This document shows positions 9,300 through 16,251 of a stretch of DNA of 16,251 bases, piece by piece. The DNA lies in NCBI GenBank assembly GCA_965215885.1, contig CBDCEW010000031.1, positions 1 through 16,251 of the forward strand, given 5' to 3'. The notes beneath the pieces were generated by a model. That model saw nothing but the letters and a program-made list of their open reading frames with translations, was not told the DNA's origin and ran no database searches. A program made the position numbers and the translations under genes. The DNA is from Candidatus Moanibacter sp. (GTDB lineage Bacteria; Verrucomicrobiota; Verrucomicrobiia; Opitutales; UBA2987). Positions within the stretch are counted from its first letter, which is position 1; each line of letters opens with the position of its first letter.

Positions 9300-9640
9300 A
9301 CGGGATGGGGGATGCGGGAGGCGGGAGGCGGCACATCCTCGTTCCAGGGTAAACGGCCCATGATGCGCATTCCCCTGTTTTTCTCGGGGTTGGGCCGCTC
9401 CCAGTTGCCCGGTCTTCTCTGACGGTAGACGGCATCCTGGAGCTTTCCGTTGCGGGGCCTCGAGGATGGTCAGCACATCCGCTCCCCATAGAATCCAGTT
9501 TCCCGGATCCCTGTCGCAGTGATAGAGGCCGTTTATGATACGAGCCCGAACATTTCACAAACCATCTGCTGCGACCGCGGATGAAGGAATAGTGGTAGGA
9601 ATCTTCATGTTCGAATGTCCGAAGCAATTTCGGTTTCCCT
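9300..9640 (-). pseudogene. Possible degraded PQQ-type beta-propeller repeat fragment
   Basis: Broken frames read GKPKLLRTFE / SSAVAADGL* / NGLYHCDRDPGNW / EKTGQL, reminiscent of SSPAVADG.V.FGS.D..LYA.D..TG...W. Multiple stops and frameshifts. Confidence 0.25.
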
Positions 9641-9735
9641 GGTAAACTTGTCGCGATTCCGCTGAGCGGGACCCGAACCTTGTCGATCGCAACACTTTGA
9701 ATACCAGACTCTTATAATTCACCAAAAGAAAAAAA

Positions 9736-10025
9736 CGTGTTCAAAAAACTAAGTTTTGACGGATAGTAATACAGATTGAGAAAGTAGCTCCGCAGAATCG
9801 AGAACATCGAACATCGAACGCTCAACATCGAACGTCGAAGTGGGGACCTTCGGTTGTCGATACCCGTCATTGTCGAACATCGAACGTCCAATCCCTGCTT
9901 GCCGGGATTGAATGGTCGATGTTCCGTGAGACGGACTTGAGAGACAACATAATTCTGTCGAAGACGGGCTGGAGATCATCCCATTTGGAGCGTTCCGTAA
10001 TGTAGATTACAATGACGCGTTGGGT
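9736..10025. repeat. Direct repeat copy A (290 bp; looser homology extends left to ~9640)
   Basis: Aligns without gaps to 11481-11770 (offset 1745). Contains ATCGAAC heptamer repeats (9802-9839), a ~50-bp hairpin (9875-9924) and the 3' end of a PsbP-like ORF on the minus strand. Confidence 0.95.
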
Positions 10026-10068
10026 GGGAAGGGTCAGAGCGATAATGGCGCATTTCCGCAAGAAATAT

Positions 10069-10102
10069 TTGCTTTTCAGTCTGTGGTATAGATAATACCA
10101 CA
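10069..10102 (+). promoter_or_regulatory. Putative promoter overlapped by a palindromic operator for the XRE-HTH gene
   Basis: Perfect 8-5-8 palindrome TGTGGTAT-AGATA-ATACCACA (10082-10102) covers a GATAAT -10-like box (10091-10096). TTGCTT -35-like box at 10069-10074. Confidence 0.55.
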
Positions 10103-10149
10103 CGTAGGTGATCTTAACTATTTTCGATTTGGAATGAAAGGAGTGAGTG

Positions 10150-10518
10150 ATGTTTGGAGAACTTGTTAGAGAAATTCGTTTGAAGAAGGAGATTGGATTG
10201 CGGCAGTTTTGCTTGGAGCACTCCCATGATCCAAGCAATTGGAGTAAGATAGAAAGGGGCATATTGCCTCCTCCCGAAGATGAGGAAGTGTTGCGGCGCT
10301 GGGCGCATCAACTGGACATCGAAGAGGGTTCCGCGAATTGGCACGCGTTCTTCGATGCGGCGTTTATCGACCGTGGGAAGATTCCTCCGTATATCAAGGA
10401 AGATGAGGAATTGCTACGTGAGCTTCCCGTTTTCTTCAGAACCTTGAGTGGCGAGAAACCTTCGAGGGAAGATCTCGAAAGATTGGTTAAGATCTTACGT
10501 AACAGGTACAATACCTGA
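10150..10518 (+). CDS. XRE-family helix-turn-helix transcriptional regulator
   Basis: FGELVREIRLKKEIGLRQFC....DPSNWSKIERG..PPP. SD AAAGGAG at 10137-10143 before ATG 10150. Confidence 0.9.
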   Translation: MFGELVREIRLKKEIGLRQFCLEHSHDPSNWSKIERGILPPPEDEEVLRRWAHQLDIEEGSANWHAFFDAAFIDRGKIPPYIKEDEELLRELPVFFRTLSGEKPSREDLERLVKILRNRYNT

Positions 10519-10532
10519 TATTCTTCTAGATC

Positions 10533-10925
10533 GTGATACCCTCAGATTTCAAGGCACCGTTCATTCCGGTGGCTCACGAACTGGGGCACTTGACTCTTCA
10601 CCGTGGCATCTTTGAGAAATTAAGAATCGATACGATTCAAGGTTGGATCGAATTCATTGACGGCGTTCCAGAGGAAGAGTATCGCTGGATTGAAATGCAA
10701 GCTTACGAATTTGCAGGGCGTTTTCTGGTACCTTGTGCAACGCTCAAAGAGCGATTTCATGAGGCACTGCGACTTGCGCAGAAGGCCGGATTTGCTAGTT
10801 GGGATGCTTCAGGCGATGCGGCCAAGGAGTACATAGCACAATGGATCTGTGGTACATTTGGCGTTTCTGGACGTGTGATTGAGCATCGCTTGTCAAGGGA
10901 GGGACTTTGGCCCCCTAACGCGTAA
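10533..10925 (+). CDS. ImmA/IrrE-family Zn metallopeptidase, unusually short (probable in-frame N-terminal deletion)
   Basis: VAHELGHLTLH (HExxH) plus downstream EMQAYEFAGRFLVP. HExxH begins at residue 15. Directly follows the XRE gene. Confidence 0.8.
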   Translation: MIPSDFKAPFIPVAHELGHLTLHRGIFEKLRIDTIQGWIEFIDGVPEEEYRWIEMQAYEFAGRFLVPCATLKERFHEALRLAQKAGFASWDASGDAAKEYIAQWICGTFGVSGRVIEHRLSREGLWPPNA

Positions 10926-10949
10926 CGAAATCACTCGGACAGGTCGCGA

Positions 10950-11022
10950 TCAGACCGATTTGAGAGACAACGTAATTTTGTCGAAGACGGGCTGGAGATC
11001 ATCCCATTTGGAGCGTTCGGTG
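10950..11022 (-). repeat. Third, partial copy (C) of the PsbP-like 3' end, retaining a stop codon
   Basis: Minus strand reads TERSKWDDLQPVFDKITLSLKSV* (TGA at 10952-10950). Homologous to 9927-9999 and 11672-11744. Confidence 0.85.
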
Positions 11023-11289
11023 AGGTTCGGTATTCTTTCCTAGAGCAGCGAAGTCGCAACCAAAATGAGGGAAAGAGAGGAACCGCAGATGGACGCGAAT
11101 AAAGAGGAAGGCACTACGGTTTCAAGCCGTCTTCTCCCGCTGAGCAGGGTGCGCCGTGCCAGGGAAAACCGCGGTTTCTATGAAGAGGGATTTTCAACGG
11201 ATTGGAGAAGGCAACGGATCAAACACATCGAATCCCGGCATACTGGCAAAATTGAGCTCTGCTCCTACCTCGATGCATTCGCAGTTTAG

Positions 11290-11440
11290 GACAAGGTTCG
11301 GGACGAGGTTTGCTCCGCTGAATTCTGAGCCCCGGCTTGCCGGGGTAAGGACAGTTTTGATCGGATTCAACATAGGCTCGCCGGAGGCGAATTGATAAGG
11401 TAGCTCGGAATACTTTGGTAACCTTGTCCCGAACCTTGTC
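11290..11440. repeat. 151-bp element with 21-bp terminal inverted repeats and internal hairpins (MITE/REPIN-like)
   Basis: GACAAGGTTCGGGACGAGGTT (11290-11310) vs AACCTTGTCCCGAACCTTGTC (11420-11440), 20/21. Inner arms ATTCTGAGC/GCTCGGAAT. Hairpins CCCCGGCTTGCCGGGG (11330-11345) and TCGCCGGAGGCGA (11378-11390). Confidence 0.65.
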
Positions 11441-11480
11441 GACTCCACGATTTTGAGTACCAACAGGTTACACTCGAAAG

Positions 11481-11770
11481 CATGTTTAGAAAACTAAGTT
11501 CTGACGGATAGTAATACAGATTGAGAAAGTAGCTCCGCAGAATCGAGAGCATCGAACATCGAACGCTCAACATCGAACGTCGAAGTGGGGACCTTCGGTT
11601 GTCGACACCCGTCACTGTCGAACATCGAACGGCCAATCCCTGCTTTCCGGGATTGAATGGTCGATGTTCCGTGAGACGGACTTGAGAGACAACATAATTC
11701 TGTCGAAGACAGGCAGGAGATCCTCCCATTTGGAGCGTTCCGTGAAGTAGATTACGATGACGCGCTGGGT
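11481..11770. repeat. Direct repeat copy B (290 bp; looser homology extends left to ~11416)
   Basis: Near-identical to 9736-10025. Confidence 0.95.
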
Positions 11771-11920
11771 AAGTGAATGAGATTCCGTGTTGATCGCAGA
11801 CATCGTCCTCGGCGATTTTGACCTTAGCGATCTTTGAGCCGGCGCTCTTGGAAGAGGAGATGATCTTGTAGCCGATAATGACAGAAAGAGTAGACAGAGG
11901 AAGAGACCGAGTTTTCTGAT
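11612..11920 (-). pseudogene. Internally deleted PsbP/DcrB-like membrane-anchored protein
   Basis: An N-terminal hydrophobic stretch (RKLGLFLCLLFL / VIIGYK) and GISFTYPA (11786-11763) are joined out of frame to the C-terminal QRVIVIYFTERSKWEDLLPVFDRIMLSLKSV. These are the typical first strand and last helix of PsbP-like folds. Confidence 0.45.
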
Positions 11921-11972
11921 GGAGGATCAGGAAATGGTGTGCGATCCGTCTTTTGAGAATGAATAAGGAAAG

Positions 11973-12056
11973 CCCGTTCGACGGTTCGGCAAGCTCACCG
12001 CAGGCAGAGCTCAGGGTAGACAGGAAGGCCCTTCGTCCCGCTGAGCGGGATCAGGG
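11973..12056. repeat. Two nested palindromic elements
   Basis: CCCGTTCGAC[GGTTCGGCAAGCTCACCGCAGGCAG]AGCTCAGGGT (11973-12017) and CCCTTCG[TCCCGCTGAGCGGGA]TCAGGG (12029-12056). Confidence 0.6.
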
Positions 12057-12389
12057 CGGGCAGGAAAAGAAAACATTTCGGCACGACGGATCCGGAGAAC
12101 TTCCAAGATTCAGTTCTCATGCAACGGTCTTCGACCCGCAAGCGGCACTTCGCCCTGTCAAGAAGCCGCAAAGACGCAAAGTGGGAGAGGGAAAGAAGGG
12201 AAGCTGGTTGCTGGTTGCGAGATGCGGGATTGGAAAAGTGGGGGAGAGAAGGTTGTAGGTTTTTCGGGTTATCGGTAATAGGGTATCTACAATCCGAATC
12301 GCGCAGCGATCCGGCTGCGGCTGTCAACTGCTTTGCGTCGCTCTGCCGCACGACAGAGCGATAGGTATGATCGGGGCTCAGTGGAGTCG

Positions 12390-12645
12390 TCAGAAGCTGG
12401 GAGCGTTCCGCTCAATGATACTTTGATCTCCCCCGTTTTTGAAGATCAGGACCACCGGCACGGCGTCCGGCAGGGCCGCAACCTGTTCGTCATCGAGGAG
12501 CGTTATTACTTGGGACTCGATGGAGATTTGGAGGTCGAGCATGGCACGTTCGAAGGCCTTCTTGTCCTCCCAGGTAAGGGGGCCAGAACTGTCTGGACTC
12601 TGTCCATTCTCGGCGAGGAGTTCGCGAACGCCGCGTTCGTAGTCA
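12390..12645 (-). pseudogene. 3' part of a hypothetical gene split by the ISNCY copy 2 and the IS4
   Basis: Reads DYERGVRELLAENGQ...IIERNAPSF*. Joins in frame with 16251-16148 through the duplicated TAGTCA. Confidence 0.8.
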
Positions 12646-12701
12646 GACCCGAATGGCGCTAAGATAAGCCAAAAATAATTGTTAGAAATATGCAAAAAAG
12701 C

Positions 12702-12730
12702 TTGTACTATGACCGTTAGTAGGCTAATCT
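12702..12730 (+). promoter_or_regulatory. Putative sigma70 promoter of the IS4 transposase (leaderless arrangement)
   Basis: TTGTAC-N17-TAATCT, with the ATG (12737) 6 nt after the -10 box and no SD. Confidence 0.4.
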
Positions 12731-12736
12731 TGTTGT

Positions 12737-14201
12737 ATGAAAAATATGACAAGATTCCTGCCTGGGTTTAATCACATTCTATGCGGTCGCCCGCCTAAGT
12801 CGGCCCTGGCACAATTAAAGCAAAAACTGGCTCATCTAAGAGAGTCAACTCTATCGGAGTTGTCGGATCTGTTTGATCGGTGGATTCCTCTGGGAGTTTT
12901 GCAACCCAAGAGCGAAAAAGAAAACAGCCGGGAACGAGTCTACTCACTCAGAACGACCTTCTGGGGCTTTCTGTTCCAGGTGCTCTCCCCGCAGACAGCC
13001 TGCCGGGAGGTCGTCAGAAAGGTGCAGAGCTACTGTAGTGAGCGGGAGTTGAACCTGCCCAGTTCCTCCACCTCGGCCTATTGCCAGGCACGTCAGCGCA
13101 TAGGTATAGAGGACTTACAAAAGATCGGTGAAGAGGTCAGCGAGCAGATACACAAGGAGGTAAGGCAAGCGCAGCGGTGGAAGGGGCACGAGGTCAGAGT
13201 GATAGACGGTACTGGGATCAGTATGCCCGATACCGAGCAGAACCAGAGGGCCTTTCCCCAACCCGGGGGGGCAGAAAGAGGGGTGCGGATTTCCCGTCAT
13301 GCTTCTGGTGGGCTGTTTCTGTTTGGCCAGCGGGGCCTTGCTGCACTGTGTCGAGACCACCTTAAAAAACCATGAAAGCGGCATTTTGCGCAAATTCGTT
13401 GGGTATTTGAAAAAAGCAGAGGTGGTTCTGTGCGACCGCGGTTATTGCTCTTATGCCAATCTGGGGCTGCTTCTAAACCATCAAATGGACGCGGTCATGC
13501 GCCTGCACCAAAGGCACAAATGCGACTTCCGTAGCGGCCAAACACTGGGCCGATACGATCGGCTGGTGACCTGGAAAAAACCGCAGAGACAGCACGGGTT
13601 CAGCCCGGAAGAATGGGCTCAATTACCGGCCGAACTGACTCTGCGAATGGTGCGTTTCTTCGTTCAGATCAAAGGATTCCGTACCCGAAAGATCGATCTT
13701 GTGACCACCTTTACCGACCCCCTCCAATACACCGTAGAGGATCTGGCCGATCTCTACTTCCGCCGCTGGTCAGTGGAACTGTTTTTTCGCGACATTAAAA
13801 CGACTATGAAGATGGAAACGGTACGCTGCCTTACTCCCGAAATGGTGCATAAGGAAATCCAGCTGTTCTTTATCGCCTATAATCTCATCCGCGCCCTCAT
13901 GCAACACGCCGCCACCCTCTATCAGCGTGACCTGCATCGGCTCAGCTTCAAGAGCACGGTCGACACCGTTCGGCAGTACTGCACCGCTCTGAACGCCACC
14001 CGCAAGCAACCTCGAAAGCAACAACGCATCATTGACGAGATGGTTCTGATTATTGCCGAGGAGACTGTTCCACTACGAGAACACCGCAGCGAACCACGAG
14101 CGGTCAAACGAAGACCGAAACCTTACCAATTACTAACGAAGCCGCGAGGGAAAATGAAAGTCTCGCGCTCGCGCAGAAACAAAGGCAAAAATCGTCGTTA
14201 A
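12737..14201 (+). pseudogene. IS4-family transposase split by a +1 frameshift (~487 aa if corrected)
   Basis: SAYCQARQR, IDGT, CDRGY, YFRRWSVELFFRDIK (YREK motif), RSEPRAVKRRPK. Removing one G from G7 at 13265-13271 gives PQPGGQKEGCGFPVMLLVG, joining ORFs 12737-13375 and 13299-14201. Confidence 0.9.
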
Positions 14202-14230
14202 TCGGGCTTATCTTAGCGCCATTCTAGTCA

Positions 14231-16147
14231 GACCCCATTCGAAAAGCCTTTCGAGCGGGCGGTTTAAGGTTCTCCGCCACGGGCGGACCAGCCTATGGCT
14301 GGCAGGTTTCGGGTTTTAGGCTGCCGGCGCTGCCGATGAGCAGGTATTGAGCGGCCATCGGCGTGGCTTGCTGCACAATACGTATATTTGCCGCTGTCTG
14401 GAGGCATACTCATCCCGTGGTGCTTTTTTCTCTGAGCTTCAAAGCGGTCAGATTCAGGCTGCCTGTTCCAGTTCCTCCCCTCGGCGTTTCTTCATCAGTA
14501 TGATGCGGCAGAAGTTGTAGGCCAGAACCTTCTCGAGCAGTTCATCGCCTACCGCATCGATGCCGCGGCGGCCGAGTTCGCCAAAGGCAAATCCATCTTT
14601 AATCGTGAACATCAGCGACTCCACTGCGGAGCGATCGCGGCGTGCCTCGCGATACGCCTCGCTCTCCCAGTCCTCGGGGGTGGTCAACTTCTTGCCCTTC
14701 GCCCCACTGATACTGATCTGCTTTACCCCCATGCTCAGCACCTCCTTGCGTCCCTTCGCCGAAGCATATCCGTCATCGGTGCTGACCAGTTCAGCAATGA
14801 CACCGGTGCGCTTGATCGAATCGCCGATGGCCGGCGCCAGCTCAATGGAGTCTGCCGCGTTGCCTTGCGGTACGATCAGGCTGGTGACAAAACCGTTTTC
14901 GCTGCGAACCAGTTGTGGCTTGTACCCGATCACTGGATTGCGGCTGCCCTTCTTGATGTAGGCCGCCGATCCGTCCGAGAGGCTCAGGACCTTCTGTGTG
15001 GACGGTAGCTTCTTTTCGTGAAACACCCGATCATGAGCATACTCAACAACCCGCTTGGCGTCGGCAATATCGCCCCTGATCTGGCTCAATGCCCGCTCCA
15101 GAAGCTCCCGGCGAGTGGGAGGCAGTGAATCCATCGACAGGCCCTCTTCAAGATGGCTCAGTTCCCCCGTTAGTGAGTCGGCCGCCTTGCGGCCCCGCTT
15201 GAGCAACCGCCGGTAGTGTTTCTTCAGCTTGCCCTTCGACTTCGGTTTGCCCGCGGCCAGACAAATCTGAAACTCCAGCTTGTCCATTTCCTCCAGCCAA
15301 CGCCCAACCCATCCCTTGCGAAAATCCTCCAGCCCGAAGACATGCAACTTCTGACCCAAACGATTGGCCCGCATCAAAAGACCGCTCAGAATCTTCCCAT
15401 CGGTGGGCCAGCAGCTGTTTGCTTTCACCGAGGTGCTGTCGATCGTCAGCTTCCCGAAATCGTCCCATTGCTCCTGGAGGATAAACCCAATCTGTTTATC
15501 AAAGATCAACTCGCGGGTCGTATGGCTGACCAGGTTCACGTTCTCCAGAATCGTCGTCACCGCCGGCATTCTCAGTCCCCCGCTCTGCAAAAATCCGTAC
15601 AAGCTCATCGACTCGCGCACAAACCGCCGTGCCGGTTTCGTGGTCAACGAACCCAGAAACCCTCGAATCATCACGAACACGTATACCGCATAAGCCGGCA
15701 TCCGCGGCCGGCCTGCCCCAAGATTCAATTCAGCAGCCAGAATATTCTCCTCCTCGATGTCCAGCTCCGGCAGCTCCGCTGTGCGCCCTTCAAAGAACCT
15801 GCGATCTTCCAATCGAAGTTTCTTCTTCTCACGCGCATGGGCGTCCAGATCCTTCTCGATCGCCTCGATGATTTGCGCCGCGAACCCGGCCAATTCTTCA
15901 ACTTCATCCAGAAAATCACGGAAATCCGTGTCTGGAACCGGCAGAATGAGGTTGCTAAGGGGCGTCTTATCGCTTTTGTTCTCCTCTGTCGCACATGTTG
16001 GCATGTTTAACTCCTTTCTTAATCTTAGGTTGTTAAACACTAGCATGTTGCGACACTTTTTATCAAGCCAAAAAATGATTTTTCTCAAGTTTTTCTTGCG
16101 CCTTTTGCGCCTCTTTGCGGCCAATCAGTAGCTTTTCGGATAAGGTC
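14231..16147 (-). mobile_element. ISNCY (ISDol1-like) insertion sequence, copy 2, 1917 bp, 6-bp target duplication TAGTCA
   Basis: Reverse complement of 857-2773 with at least 3 substitutions seen. TAGTCA at 14225-14230 (and 12640-12645) and at 16148-16153. Confidence 0.92.
14454..16004 (-). CDS. DDE transposase (~516 aa), same protein as 1000-2550
   Basis: Translation from MPTCATEE onward is identical to copy 1. Confidence 0.9.
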   Translation of the reverse strand: MPTCATEENKSDKTPLSNLILPVPDTDFRDFLDEVEELAGFAAQIIEAIEKDLDAHAREKKKLRLEDRRFFEGRTAELPELDIEEENILAAELNLGAGRPRMPAYAVYVFVMIRGFLGSLTTKPARRFVRESMSLYGFLQSGGLRMPAVTTILENVNLVSHTTRELIFDKQIGFILQEQWDDFGKLTIDSTSVKANSCWPTDGKILSGLLMRANRLGQKLHVFGLEDFRKGWVGRWLEEMDKLEFQICLAAGKPKSKGKLKKHYRRLLKRGRKAADSLTGELSHLEEGLSMDSLPPTRRELLERALSQIRGDIADAKRVVEYAHDRVFHEKKLPSTQKVLSLSDGSAAYIKKGSRNPVIGYKPQLVRSENGFVTSLIVPQGNAADSIELAPAIGDSIKRTGVIAELVSTDDGYASAKGRKEVLSMGVKQISISGAKGKKLTTPEDWESEAYREARRDRSAVESLMFTIKDGFAFGELGRRGIDAVGDELLEKVLAYNFCRIILMKKRRGEELEQAA

Positions 16148-16251
16148 TAGTCAAGGGCATACTCGCGCAAGCTTAAGGATTTGTCCTCGCTGACCGTGAA
16201 AGTACGTTGCCACTCACCGGTGATGAACTCCGCCAGCCTGCCGTCGTCCCA
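16148..16251 (-). pseudogene. Upstream part of the IS-split hypothetical gene (continues beyond the window)
   Basis: Reads WDDGRLAEFITGEWQRTFTVSEDKSLSLREYALD, continuing in frame into YERGVRELL at 12641 downward. Confidence 0.8.

Larger units (their letters stand above)
12651..14224 (+). mobile_element. IS4-family insertion sequence, 1574 bp, 11-bp target duplication
   Basis: Perfect 20-bp IRs GAATGGCGCTAAGATAAGCC (12651-12670, 14205-14224). Direct repeat TAGTCAGACCC at 12640-12650 and 14225-14235. Confidence 0.95.

Noticed and set aside
9802..11584. CRISPR array or integron attC array
   Set aside because: There are no regularly spaced 25-45-bp repeats with unique spacers, no clear RYYYAAC...GTTRRRY boxes, and no cas or intI genes.
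9736..11770. Diversity-generating retroelement TR/VR pair
   Set aside because: Differences between copies are not adenine-specific (e.g. T/C, T/G, C/T, several synonymous) and no reverse transcriptase is present.
11065..12364. Short ORFs 11065-11289, 11156-11395, 11194-11463, 11953-12258, 11995-12351, 12119-12364
   Set aside because: They run through palindromes and simple repeats and show no protein-family signal.
13265..13271. Programmed ribosomal frameshift in the IS4 transposase
   Set aside because: IS4-family transposases are normally single ORFs. The correction needed is skipping one G, not the usual -1 shift at an A-rich slippery heptamer.
857..16147. Composite transposon carrying the sulfatase cluster
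   Set aside because: The outer flanks differ (TTGCTA vs TAGTCA). Copy 2 has its own duplication and splits a gene whose halves lie on both sides of it.

Overview
IS-rich, decaying accessory region of a bacterial genome. Two nearly identical 1917-bp DDE insertion sequences (ISNCY/ISDol1-like; 857-2773 + and 14231-16147 -) lie in inverted orientation, but their flanks show they are independent insertions rather than a composite transposon. Left of the first copy is a 5'-truncated gene made of 85-aa Ig-like repeats. Between the copies are: a sigma54 (NtrC/GlrR-like) activator whose 5' end is hit by an ISL3; a divergent 3-gene cluster (tandem-Bor-domain lipoprotein, FAD-linked ALO/GULO-type oxidoreductase, Cys-type arylsulfatase); an XRE-HTH plus ImmA/IrrE-type peptidase pair with a palindromic operator, bracketed by 290-bp direct repeats that are 3' fragments of a PsbP-like gene; many short nested palindromes with apparent filled and empty alleles; and an IS4-family element inserted across the tip of the second ISNCY copy (11-bp duplication). 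Removing those two IS restores one in-frame host ORF. Three 1-nt frameshifts lie in homopolymers and may be sequencing errors. All family assignments come from motif recognition by eye; no searches were run.
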